DNA of 45,187 nt from an uncultured archaeon (GTDB taxonomy: Archaea > Thermoplasmatota > Penumbrarchaeia > JASLWR01): NCBI GenBank assembly GCA_964430885.1, contig CAYSHM010000017.1:1-45187 (forward strand), in the 5' to 3' direction. This document shows, piece after piece, positions 28,955-38,991 of the stretch (position 1 is its first letter; each line of letters begins with the position of its first letter). Position numbers and translations under genes: made by a program. The notes under the pieces were generated by a model. That model worked only from the letters and a program-made list of their open reading frames with translations, was not told the DNA's origin and searched no databases.

Positions 28955-30355
28955 ATGTCGGATATTCTATTGAAAAACATTCATACCATGGGTCTTGACC
29001 TTGGTGAGAGGAAAAAGATGAAAAACGCACATATCCATATTCAGGATAATCTGATCATGGAGATATCACCTTACCCATTGGAGGTTGAGGCAGAGCATAT
29101 CCTAGACTGCTCCGGGATGGTAGTTATGCCGGGAATGGTCAACACACACCACCACATGTACCAGACCATGCAGAGAGCTGTACCCCTGGTACAGAACTCA
29201 AAGCTCTTTCACTGGCTGACGAACCTGTACGAGATATGGACCGAGGTGGATGCTGAAATTGTACATACATCGGCAAAAATAGCGATGGCGGAGCTGATGC
29301 TCACCGGATGCACCACTGCAAGTGACCAGTTCTACGTCTTCCCTCGGAATGAAAAGGGACTTCTGGAAGCGGAAATCAAGGCGGCGGATCAGATGGGTAT
29401 AAGATTTCATCCCTGCAGGGGGTCCATGTCCAGAGGAAAATCAAACGGCGGGCTTCCTCCAGACCACGTGGTGCAGTCAGAAAAGGACATTCTTAGAGAT
29501 TCCGAGGTTGCCATCAGGAAATTCCATGATCCGGATCCCTTGTCTATGCGAAGGATAGTAATATCCCCTTGTTCGCCCTTCTCAGTCACATCAGAGCTTA
29601 TGAGGAGCTCAGCGGAACTGGCTAGAAAATATGGAGTACAGCTCCATACCCATCTTGCGGAAACAAAGGACGAGGAGGATTTCTGTGTTGACATGCATTG
29701 TCTAAGACCCTTTGATTATATGAAGGAAGTTGACTGGGTCGGGGAAGATGTATGGTTTGCGCACAGCATATATATGAATGATAAGGAAATAAGGGAAATG
29801 GCCAAAACCGGTACAGGTATGTCCCATTGTCCTACGTCGAACATGAGACTTGGTTCGGGAATTGCTCCCATAAGAAAGATGCTTGATGAGGGTGTCAAGG
29901 TATCCCTGGGTGTTGACGGCAGCGCTTCCAATGATTCATCCAACATGATCAATGAAGCGAGGATGGCTATGATGCTGCAGAGAGTCAAGTACGGAGAAGA
30001 CGCTTTCACACCCTACGAGGCATTGGCCTGTGCCACAACCGGAGGGGCTAGGGTCCTGGAACGTGATGATGTGGGCATAATAGAGGAGGGGAGGGGTGCC
30101 GATATTATCGGGTTCCGGTTGGATCAACTTCCCTTTGCAGGCGGATTGCACGATCCATTGGCATCGCTTGTTCTATGTGGTCCTATGAATGTTGATCTGA
30201 ATATAATCAACGGAGAACCCCAGATAATGGATGGCAGATTTTTAAATCTGGATCTCAGAGATACCATAGATAAACAGAACCTACTTGCTGCAGAGATGGT
30301 AGAAAAAGCTTCTGAGAGGACTGGGATAGATTTCATGAGTCTAGAATTAGGGTAA
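28955..30355 (+). CDS. 8-oxoguanine deaminase-like amidohydrolase
   Basis: NTHHH, RFHPCRGSM, PCSPFS, HTHLAET, HCPTSNMRLGSG and GVDGSASND motifs. Confidence 0.88.
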   Translation: MSDILLKNIHTMGLDLGERKKMKNAHIHIQDNLIMEISPYPLEVEAEHILDCSGMVVMPGMVNTHHHMYQTMQRAVPLVQNSKLFHWLTNLYEIWTEVDAEIVHTSAKIAMAELMLTGCTTASDQFYVFPRNEKGLLEAEIKAADQMGIRFHPCRGSMSRGKSNGGLPPDHVVQSEKDILRDSEVAIRKFHDPDPLSMRRIVISPCSPFSVTSELMRSSAELARKYGVQLHTHLAETKDEEDFCVDMHCLRPFDYMKEVDWVGEDVWFAHSIYMNDKEIREMAKTGTGMSHCPTSNMRLGSGIAPIRKMLDEGVKVSLGVDGSASNDSSNMINEARMAMMLQRVKYGEDAFTPYEALACATTGGARVLERDDVGIIEEGRGADIIGFRLDQLPFAGGLHDPLASLVLCGPMNVDLNIINGEPQIMDGRFLNLDLRDTIDKQNLLAAEMVEKASERTGIDFMSLELG

Positions 30356-30511
30356 TTTTAATGAGGTAACTACAAAAGATATATATGCTTAAAATATACC
30401 GCCAAAATGGTAATTTCAATAAACTTGATATAATAGCCAATATTATAGTCAATTGCCAATGTAAAAGTGTTTCGAACATATGATATATCTAACATATATC
30501 TCCCGGCAGGG

Positions 30512-30519
30512 TTTATATA
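30512..30519 (+). promoter_or_regulatory. Candidate TATA box for the downstream surface-protein gene
   Basis: TTTATATA about 25 nt upstream of the GGAGG SD (30543-30547) that precedes ATG 30556. Confidence 0.55.
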
Positions 30520-30555
30520 CTCCCCAATCGGTTTTTTATTATGGAGGCTGAAAAA

Positions 30556-33057
30556 ATGATCACAAAAAAACGAATAATAATATCATCGATCTTGTGTATG
30601 GTATTGCTTCTGAGTGCATCAATGACAACTATGGGTTCGTCAGAGAGGGACGAGGATGCGAGAGGCGGTATCAATCATGTGAACATCATTGTGTTTGATC
30701 TAGAGGAGAACGATCTCCTTCCAGATACATTGCTGAAATTCTTTAGGGTAGAGCCCAATGGAAATGAAGAATTCTTGGGTGAGCATTTTACCGATGAGAA
30801 TGGAACATTCTCCGGGAGGCTGGAGAACGGCACTTATCTGGTGGAAGCTCATCACCGCGGTCATGAACCGGGGCATATCATGTTCGATACCCACGGAATG
30901 AACCAATCATTGAACTTTGAAATTGGCCTTATGCCCATTCACCACCCTGAACCAGTTATGGTCAAGATCATTCCATTGTCCGTTGAGGGTGAGATAATTC
31001 ACGAGGCAGTGGCATCGTTGATCAACATTGAGACAGGCGATGGTTTCAGGGAACACATGGAGAATGAAAGATGTATTGAGTTGGAAGTTCCAGAAGGAGA
31101 ATATGTGATGGAGGTCTTTGCTGAGGGGTACGAGGGATTTGACGATATCATTGAACTTTGGGATATTCCTGACTTCACCATCACTGTGGAACTTATTCCT
31201 GAAGAGGAGGAAAATGAAGAGGCTCTGGTAACTATTGAATTCCTTCTTGAGAATTCGGATGAACTGGTTCATCACGGCAGAGTTGAGATGATCAATACGG
31301 AGACCGGAGAAGTCTATTGGGGTGAGATCGTTGACGGGTTCACAATTCTCGTACTTCCGTGGGGCCATTACAAACTGATTGCAGAAATACCAGATCATAA
31401 ACCTGTGGAAGATGGATATGAGATCTTTGAATGTGTAGACTTCTTTATTACCATAGTCTTCGGACATATGGAGGAGGAATTTGGTTTCATAGAAGGCAAA
31501 ATATTTGATATTGAGTCAGGAAAACCCCTGCCTGAAACTTATATCTTCATTGAATCCCAGGAATACTGGATGGAGGATGATGTTCCCTGTGACGATGGTG
31601 AATTCTACAATAATGAAAATTGCGGGAAGTGGTTCTTCTTCGAGACCTGGACCGGGGAGAATGGTGAATTCTATTTCGATGAGATACCCATGGGTGAGTA
31701 CATTATTTACATCGAACATCCCGGTTTCCATGAGATCAGGGAGGAGTTCAAGGTCTTTGAAGAAATGTTATTCCTGGAATTCGGTTTGAGACCATTCGAA
31801 GATGTGAAACCTGAAGAATTTATCCTAATAACTGGAAACGTGTTTGACGGGTTCAGCGGAGAGGGAATTCCCCATGCATTAATATCTTTCCATCCATATC
31901 AAGAAGAACCCCATCATCCAGAATACAGACCTCACATATTATTCGAGTATTATGACGGCGACAGTGACGGTAATCCCGAGATCATGCTCTTGAAGGCTGA
32001 TTTCGATGGTGATGGAAAGGTAGACCTTCATTATGTCTACATTGACGAGAACAGCGATGGTAACCCTGAATGGATCAAGGTTGAGGCTTCATGGATGTTC
32101 CCGGGTTTCCACATGGAACTTCCCGGACTCATGGAATATTTAGAGCTCATGGGATACGGATGGGACCACTATGAGGATGAGGAATGGGAGGAATGGGACG
32201 AAGAAGAAGAATGGTGGGATGAGGACGAGGATTGGGAAGACGAAGATGAATGGGAAGATGAGGACAGGACAAGAGGAGGAAAAGAATGCAAAGGGGAGCA
32301 CAAAGAGAAGGAATATAAGGAGGAGGGAAAGGAACACTGCCCACCCGACCCTGAGTGTGAGTTTTTAAAGGTAAAGACTGACGATACTGGCTTCTTTGAG
32401 ATCAAGGTTCCCATGGGTGTTTATACTGTCACGGTTGAAGCTGAAGGCTATCATCCGTTCAAGGAGGTCTATATGATTTTCCCGGAAATGGAGGATAAAG
32501 AGGAATACGACAATGAGGAAATTCCCTCCATGGAACTCATCTTTGAACTCCGCCCCTACGGTGAAGATGAAGAAGCCATGAATATTGTAATGGATGAGAA
32601 CGAGAACTATGATAAAAAAGATATCATAGGGACCGAGAAGGAAGAAATCGGCAGTCTTGACATGGATTCCCTTGTGGATAGGTTCTTGGAGAACGATGAC
32701 TATGATGTGGATATCGAACCCTTCAAGGAAGTATTATCCGATGCAAAGGATAATACGGCTGGAGAGAAGAAGAACTCCTCAACAAACACTGAAGGAGCTG
32801 AAAGCACGGTCAGCTATACTTCAGGAACCACTGGAAGCATTATAAATCTCGGTGCGGCCTTGGGTATTCTGCTAATTCTCTTGGCTCTTCTCCTGGTATT
32901 GAAGAAAAGAAACAGCAATAAGAAAGAGAGGAATCCTCAAAAGGATGATAAAATGGAAATACCACCTAGAAGACCTGAATACGATTTCAAACCATTAGCT
33001 CCCAGCCCAAAGGTCAGGACCGTGAGGGTAACAAGGAGAAGACAGCTGAAAAGGTAA
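30556..33057 (+). CDS. Acidic cell-surface protein with carboxypeptidase-regulatory-like (CnaB/transthyretin-like) beta-sandwich repeats and a C-terminal TM anchor
   Basis: Signal peptide; repeated TDxNG.F....P.G.Y.+.+.AEGY/HPGF units; DxDxDG loops; TM followed by KKR. ORF track start is 30541. Confidence 0.8.
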   Translation: MITKKRIIISSILCMVLLLSASMTTMGSSERDEDARGGINHVNIIVFDLEENDLLPDTLLKFFRVEPNGNEEFLGEHFTDENGTFSGRLENGTYLVEAHHRGHEPGHIMFDTHGMNQSLNFEIGLMPIHHPEPVMVKIIPLSVEGEIIHEAVASLINIETGDGFREHMENERCIELEVPEGEYVMEVFAEGYEGFDDIIELWDIPDFTITVELIPEEEENEEALVTIEFLLENSDELVHHGRVEMINTETGEVYWGEIVDGFTILVLPWGHYKLIAEIPDHKPVEDGYEIFECVDFFITIVFGHMEEEFGFIEGKIFDIESGKPLPETYIFIESQEYWMEDDVPCDDGEFYNNENCGKWFFFETWTGENGEFYFDEIPMGEYIIYIEHPGFHEIREEFKVFEEMLFLEFGLRPFEDVKPEEFILITGNVFDGFSGEGIPHALISFHPYQEEPHHPEYRPHILFEYYDGDSDGNPEIMLLKADFDGDGKVDLHYVYIDENSDGNPEWIKVEASWMFPGFHMELPGLMEYLELMGYGWDHYEDEEWEEWDEEEEWWDEDEDWEDEDEWEDEDRTRGGKECKGEHKEKEYKEEGKEHCPPDPECEFLKVKTDDTGFFEIKVPMGVYTVTVEAEGYHPFKEVYMIFPEMEDKEEYDNEEIPSMELIFELRPYGEDEEAMNIVMDENENYDKKDIIGTEKEEIGSLDMDSLVDRFLENDDYDVDIEPFKEVLSDAKDNTAGEKKNSSTNTEGAESTVSYTSGTTGSIINLGAALGILLILLALLLVLKKRNSNKKERNPQKDDKMEIPPRRPEYDFKPLAPSPKVRTVRVTRRRQLKR

Positions 33058-33107
33058 AATCTGACCATTTCTACATTATAAAAGGCTGAAACTGATAAAA
33101 GTTACAT

Positions 33108-33147
33108 AAAAAAGAGAAGGGCCCGCCCTTCTCAATTTTTCTTTTTT
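33108..33147. terminator. Bidirectional hairpin terminator between convergent genes
   Basis: GAGAAGGG-CCCG-CCCTTCTC stem-loop (33114-33133) flanked by an A6 run upstream and T runs downstream. Confidence 0.7.
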
Positions 33148-33196
33148 ATTATTTTTTTCAAAACTCAATATTTGATATCCATTTTCATTAATCTTC

Positions 33197-33997
33197 TTAA
33201 AGAGGCCAACCACAGAAAAAATCCACCGGCATACTGTTCCGAGCAAATCCCAGCAGTGAAAAGGCCCAATCAAGCTTCTTAGCTTTTAACCTTATCTCTT
33301 TTGAACTTACATCCGGTTTGTTCCCCACAGTGTTCATATTAAATCCCACAAGTATCACCCCCTTCACTCCCATTTCCTGAGAGAAAAAGACCGCTCTATC
33401 CCCATCGGTAAATCCACCAAAATTCCTTACGATAGATACCGGATCGCATTGGCAAGTGGGTATGATGCTTCCTTTGATATGCGGAACCCAATCCTTGAGA
33501 ACGGCCATATTATCACCGTGAGCATGGACCGCCATGATAGCACCCTTTTCAACAGCTTCTATCTGGGAGCAAATATCGCCATCCAGATCAGTAACGATAA
33601 AATCAGGGATAATGCCTCTGTCCATTAGCTTCTGAGTGGTGCCGTCTGCGGTGATCTTGACGATATCCCGCTTCCATTTGGGAGTCGGGATGGTTCTGGT
33701 AAAATCCGCCGCCTTATTGTATATGGTTTCAGGTGTGAGATCGAAAAGACCTATTTTCTCTATCATGTCCAATTCCTTTTCAAGATTAGGTCCTCCTCCG
33801 AAAACATATGCTTTCTTCCTGGATAACCGTTCTCCTGCCGAAATCAATGTCCTTTCGATGTCCTCCAATCTTCCTGAATCAACACCTTCCTCAATTAAAC
33901 CTGCCAAGAGTTTTGCTGATTCCTGGTCCTTCTTTTCACTGAAATTAAAATCCTTGGTAATCTCTCTGTAGAACGGCTTCCAAATCTCAAATCTCAT
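33197..33997 (-). CDS. mptE: 6-hydroxymethyl-7,8-dihydropterin pyrophosphokinase MptE (DUF115)
   Basis: W...Y..I..DF, GGGPNL, ADG, VTDLDG, HAHGDN, NFGGFTDGDRA, LVGF and KKL.WA motifs. Confidence 0.88.
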   Translation of the reverse strand: MRFEIWKPFYREITKDFNFSEKKDQESAKLLAGLIEEGVDSGRLEDIERTLISAGERLSRKKAYVFGGGPNLEKELDMIEKIGLFDLTPETIYNKAADFTRTIPTPKWKRDIVKITADGTTQKLMDRGIIPDFIVTDLDGDICSQIEAVEKGAIMAVHAHGDNMAVLKDWVPHIKGSIIPTCQCDPVSIVRNFGGFTDGDRAVFFSQEMGVKGVILVGFNMNTVGNKPDVSSKEIRLKAKKLDWAFSLLGFARNSMPVDFFCGWPL

Positions 33998-34145
33998 ACC
34001 ATTTCGAGATTAATATCATTATTAATTAGTTTTTCTCATTCAAGATATGTGATGAATAGATTGATGGGGAAAGTGGATCCCCTGCTCTTCTTTGGAAAAT
34101 TAGGGTCATAATACGTTTAAATCATGGAATAGATAACACAGCCGA

Positions 34146-37100
34146 ATGACCTCAAATAATGAATTGGACCCAAGAGGCTGGAGGATAATGTTAGATCGGG
34201 GAGGCACCTTTACTGATATAGTGGGTATCGATCCTGCAGGTTATGTAAGGATCAAAAAGATTCTTTCCGGAGAAGAAGAGGAAAAGGTCCGATTGACTGA
34301 GGCCATCAAGGAACTTATTTGTGGGAATAAGGAAGAAACCATTCCCAAGGGGACCATATATGAGATCAGGATGGGTACCACAATAGGTACCAATGCTCTT
34401 CTGGAGAGGAAAGGCGAGAAATGCGCCCTCATGATCACAAAAGGATTCGGAGACCTTCTTGAGATAGGTTATCAGGACAGACCAGAACTTTTCTCTTTAC
34501 AGATAATCAAACCTTCCATGCTCTACAAGAAAGTCGTTGAATTGATTGAGCGGATTGGTCCCGACGGCAGCACCATAACACCTCTTGACAAATTTGATGC
34601 TAGAATAAAATTGGAAAGACTCTACAATGAAGGCTATAGAACCCTTGCAGTAGCATGTATGCACTCATTCGCTTTTCCTGAAAATGAAAAAAAAGTTGGA
34701 GAGCTGGCAGAAGAGATCGGTTTTAATCACATATCTCTTTCCCACAAGGTCATACCTCTCATGAAGTTGGTAAGCCGGGGCGATACTACCGTTCTTGATG
34801 CTTATCTGACTCCTTTGCTTAATAATTATTTATTGAATATTCAGAGCGCCATTTCAAGGGATCTAACAGGTGGACCCTGTCAAGAGAACAATTATGAACC
34901 AAGGACCCCTAAGGATACTAATAGCGCCTATATGGACCCAAATAGCGGTCCGGACCTGCTTTTTATGCAGTCAAACGGAGGCCTCATCTCGGGAAATGAG
35001 TTCCGAGGTAAGAATTGCATTCTATCTGGACCTGCCGGAGGGGTCATTGGTGCAGTTGAGATATCTAGGGAAATAGGGGAGAACAGAATAATCACATTCG
35101 ATATGGGGGGCACCTCTACCGATGTTTCTCACTTTAGAGGAGAGCTTGAAAGAAGCTATGAGCGGAAAATATCTGGAGTCAGAATTAGAGCTCCCATGCT
35201 GAACATCAAGACCATAGCATCTGGCGGGGGATCAGTACTGCATTATAGGGACAGTAGATTCATTGTAGGGCCGGATTCAGCTGGATCGGACCCGGGTCCA
35301 AAATGCTACCGAAAAGGCGGACCACTGACCTTGACAGATGCAAATCTGTTTCTGGGAAGAATTCAGCCGGATCATTTCCCTAAGATTTTCGGTATGAACG
35401 GCGATGAAGCTGTGGATATTGAAGCTGTGGAAACACAATTCCACCTTCTGACAGACCGGATAAACATTGAACATGAGATAAAGAAGGATCCATATGAGGT
35501 TGCCCAGGGGTTTCTAGATGTGGCAGTGGAGAACATGGCGCAGGCTATCAAATCAATAACACTCAGAAAAGGATATGATGTAAAGGAATATCTACTATGC
35601 TGTTTTGGAGGGGCCGGAGGACAGCATGTCTGCAGAGTGGCCGATTCCATGGGGGTTAAAAGAATTTTAGTACATCCTTTGGCTAGTGTTCTATCTGCTT
35701 ACGGTATGGGCCTGTCAGCAAGAAGGTCTATAAGGGAATGCAGTATTGAAACGAACCTGAACGCTAAAACATTGAAAATTATTTATGAAAGTTTTATTGA
35801 GCTGGAAAATGAGGTAAAGAAAGAATTGGGGATCTCCTCCCGGAAATTAGGGGGTGATACAGCCCATAGCATCAGTATCAAGCGTAGGGTTAAATTAAAA
35901 TTCACAGGTACGGATACAAGTATTGAAGTGGATCTGAAAGATGTAGATGGAATGAAAGCTGATTTCCTGAAGATGCATAGGATACAGTTCGGATTCATCT
36001 ATACGGACAGGGAGCTTTCTGTAGACAGTATATCTGTGGAAGCTGTTGAAAGAGAGGAAATGCTCAATGTCGCTTCAGTTAGAAAAAACCCCGCTCCAGC
36101 CATAGCAATTGACCAAGTTGAGGTATATTTTGATGGGAAATGGATGAAATGTCCGGCATATCAGAGAAGCAGAATTTCTCCGGGTGAAGTAATCAACGGG
36201 CCGGCTCTGGTTATTGAGGATAATACTACCACTGTTATCTATAGGGGCTGGCAGGGGAGGGGCCTGGAAAACGGCTGTTTGATTATGGAGACGGCAGCAG
36301 CTGAATCTGCCGCTCTTAAAGATATCTCTGAAGCCGACCCGATCCAACTCCAGATATTCAGCAATATTTTTGCATCAATAGCCGAGAGAATGGGTTATGT
36401 TCTGATGAACACTTCCACATCGGTCAATATCAGAGAAAGGAGGGATTTCTCCTGCGCCATCTTCGATCCCCTAGGGAATCTCGTAGCAAATGCACCGCAT
36501 ATACCGGTTCATTTAGGGTCAATGTCCCATGCAGTCAAATCCCTGAAAAGGAAATTCACCTTCAGACCAGGAGATGTATATATGGTGAACTCTCCCTATG
36601 ACGGAGGTACACATCTTCCGGATATTACTGTTGTTGATCCGGTATTCGATAAGTATAATGATGAAATACTCTTCTTTGTTGCCTCTAGGGGACATCATTC
36701 GGATATAGGTGGTATCAGTCCCGGCTCAATGCCCGCCTTAAGTAAGCACATAGATGAAGAAGGATTCATTACTTCCGGATTTTTACTGCAGGACCGCGAT
36801 GGCCTCAGGGAAAAGGAATTATTGGAACTGTTCTCAAGGAGCAAATATCCCCCGAGAGACCCACTAAGTAACATCGCAGATCTGAAAGCCCAAATGGCTG
36901 CCAATATCAAAGGGATCCAAGAGATTAATTTGCTGATATCCCAATACGGTAAGGAAATGATTCACGCCTATATGAATTTCATCAGGGAAAATGCTAAACA
37001 GTCTGTAATATCATCCCTGGAGGGATTCGAGGATAGAGGATTCACTCTAAGAATGGATAATGGTGGTAAAATAAAATTTACCATTAATCTGAAAAAGGAC

Positions 37101-37895
37101 AATAATGCATCTAATAAAAAAGCTGAGAACTCATTTCTTTGTATTGATTTGGATGGGAGTTCGAATATAAGCGGGGATAATTTCAATGCACCTATTCCAG
37201 TTCTCGAGGCTTCTGTATTATACACAATCAGAACCATAATAAACCGGGATATTCCTCTTAATCAGGGTTGTTTGGAACCTATTCGAATCCAAATACCGTC
37301 AAACAGCTTTCTGAATCCTGCCTATCCAAGTGCTGTCGCTGCAGGAAATGTTGAAACCTCCCAGGCTTTGGTAAACGCACTCATGGGTGCCCTGGATATT
37401 CAAGCTGGTTCACAGGGAACTATGAATAACATTGCTTTCGGTAATGATAACATCCAGTACTATGAAACAATCTGCGGGGGAACTGGAGCCGGAAAAGGCT
37501 ATGACGGCTGTTCTGCTATCCATTCTCATATGACCAATACAAGGATCACTGATCCCGAGGTAATAGAGCATAATTATCCCGTTATATTGGAGGAGTTCTC
37601 AATAAGAAGAGGAAGCGGCGGAAGAGGGGCATTTGAAGGGGGCAATGGGGTGGTGAGGAAGATCCGTTTCCTAGAAAACGTTATCCTATCGGTGATCACA
37701 TCCAACAGGAAGGAATCCCCTTTTGGTATTAAGGGCGGTCAAAATGGTAAACCTGGTGAAAACATCCTTATACGAAAAAATGAAAAAAAAATGATCATGG
37801 GAAGCTCTTTCCAGGAAGAATTGGAAGCTGGAGACAAAATAGTGATCAAAACACCAGGTGGCGGCGGATACGGAAGGCAAACCAAAAATTTTTGA
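34146..37895 (+). CDS. ATP-dependent 5-oxoprolinase / hydantoinase, fused A+B
   Basis: DRGGTFTD, GTTIGTNALLERKG, SGPAGG, DMGGTSTD, GPDSAGSDPGP, SVNIRERRDFSCA, HIPVHLGSM, GGTHLPD, GNVETSQ, YYETICGG and TPGGGGYG motifs. Confidence 0.95.
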   Translation: MTSNNELDPRGWRIMLDRGGTFTDIVGIDPAGYVRIKKILSGEEEEKVRLTEAIKELICGNKEETIPKGTIYEIRMGTTIGTNALLERKGEKCALMITKGFGDLLEIGYQDRPELFSLQIIKPSMLYKKVVELIERIGPDGSTITPLDKFDARIKLERLYNEGYRTLAVACMHSFAFPENEKKVGELAEEIGFNHISLSHKVIPLMKLVSRGDTTVLDAYLTPLLNNYLLNIQSAISRDLTGGPCQENNYEPRTPKDTNSAYMDPNSGPDLLFMQSNGGLISGNEFRGKNCILSGPAGGVIGAVEISREIGENRIITFDMGGTSTDVSHFRGELERSYERKISGVRIRAPMLNIKTIASGGGSVLHYRDSRFIVGPDSAGSDPGPKCYRKGGPLTLTDANLFLGRIQPDHFPKIFGMNGDEAVDIEAVETQFHLLTDRINIEHEIKKDPYEVAQGFLDVAVENMAQAIKSITLRKGYDVKEYLLCCFGGAGGQHVCRVADSMGVKRILVHPLASVLSAYGMGLSARRSIRECSIETNLNAKTLKIIYESFIELENEVKKELGISSRKLGGDTAHSISIKRRVKLKFTGTDTSIEVDLKDVDGMKADFLKMHRIQFGFIYTDRELSVDSISVEAVEREEMLNVASVRKNPAPAIAIDQVEVYFDGKWMKCPAYQRSRISPGEVINGPALVIEDNTTTVIYRGWQGRGLENGCLIMETAAAESAALKDISEADPIQLQIFSNIFASIAERMGYVLMNTSTSVNIRERRDFSCAIFDPLGNLVANAPHIPVHLGSMSHAVKSLKRKFTFRPGDVYMVNSPYDGGTHLPDITVVDPVFDKYNDEILFFVASRGHHSDIGGISPGSMPALSKHIDEEGFITSGFLLQDRDGLREKELLELFSRSKYPPRDPLSNIADLKAQMAANIKGIQEINLLISQYGKEMIHAYMNFIRENAKQSVISSLEGFEDRGFTLRMDNGGKIKFTINLKKDNNASNKKAENSFLCIDLDGSSNISGDNFNAPIPVLEASVLYTIRTIINRDIPLNQGCLEPIRIQIPSNSFLNPAYPSAVAAGNVETSQALVNALMGALDIQAGSQGTMNNIAFGNDNIQYYETICGGTGAGKGYDGCSAIHSHMTNTRITDPEVIEHNYPVILEEFSIRRGSGGRGAFEGGNGVVRKIRFLENVILSVITSNRKESPFGIKGGQNGKPGENILIRKNEKKMIMGSSFQEELEAGDKIVIKTPGGGGYGRQTKNF

Positions 37896-37951
37896 TATCC
37901 CTGTAAAATGATACCATCATTAAGAAATATCTGAATATCAATGTTCATTCA

Positions 37952-38731
37952 ATGGTCCTTAGAACCGTTTTCAACCCATTAACCTTCGGATTAGATAAAT
38001 GCAAGAAAAGATTTCCACGTTTCACAAGGTATTTCCAATTCATTCTATACCGATATTATAATTTTGGTAGGTTCTGCAGCACCATAGTGATAAGAAAAAC
38101 TGTAAAAAAATATGTGAGGTCGATCTCGTATATCGATTTCAAGAACAAATATGGTTATTCTCCCATCCTGAATAACCTACTCAGGGATCATAGAGAATAT
38201 GAGAGATGCGGGGTTCCAGTTCCTAACCTTATCAGATTTTCCGGAAGAAAGAAACACCCGGTGTTCTACTTCGAGAGAGCAAGTGACCTTGATCATCCCA
38301 CCCTGAGAGAAAAAATACCCGAAATATTAGATATTGCTTTTAAGATGTTATCAAACGGATATCATTTCGACATATCGCCTACTAATTTTGGGCTTTGCTC
38401 CCGAAAACTGGTTTTCAGAGATACCTTCGGTCTAAAGAAAATGAAAAAAACAAAGGTAGAAACAGAGAGCATGGTCCGAAAAATAATAGACTATGAGAAA
38501 ATGGTGTTCAAGAAGAAGCGCAGGGATAACCTAGAATTCGAAAGCGAGCTTAGGGTTCTGATCCTGAATAGGTTCAATGAAGAAATGACGGGAGAAGTTT
38601 CAGAAACCGGAAATGGGAAATCCAAGCCTAATGAGATAAATATCACCCATGACGAGGGAAAGCAAAGGGCAATAATCCTTAATAAAAAAGCGTTTAAGAG
38701 CCATGTTTCCTTAAAAACACAAAAAATATGA
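37952..38731 (+). CDS. Hypothetical basic protein with a protein-kinase-like fold (RIO/Kdo/Bud32-like)
   Basis: FGRFCS (P-loop-like), VKK, GVPVP, FERA (hinge), HFDISPTNF (HxDxxxxN catalytic loop) and FRDTFG (DFG-like). Confidence 0.55.
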   Translation: MVLRTVFNPLTFGLDKCKKRFPRFTRYFQFILYRYYNFGRFCSTIVIRKTVKKYVRSISYIDFKNKYGYSPILNNLLRDHREYERCGVPVPNLIRFSGRKKHPVFYFERASDLDHPTLREKIPEILDIAFKMLSNGYHFDISPTNFGLCSRKLVFRDTFGLKKMKKTKVETESMVRKIIDYEKMVFKKKRRDNLEFESELRVLILNRFNEEMTGEVSETGNGKSKPNEINITHDEGKQRAIILNKKAFKSHVSLKTQKI

Positions 38732-38991
38732 ATCGCTTACCATTTATATTTGACCTTTTTTATTGGGGTATAACGGTTTTTTTCGGTCAATATGGCCGGG
38801 AACAATTTTGATATAGTATTTGAGATGAAAAAGTAATAAATATAATAAGGTATTTTTAAGTCGGGAATATATACCCAACTAACATCTGATAAAATAATGC
38901 TGATATATGTTAATTTTATAGGCAGAATAGAATATCGAACGCAACTTCTTTCTGCTGTTTTTTTGCAGTCAAACCAAGAGATGTGAATCCA

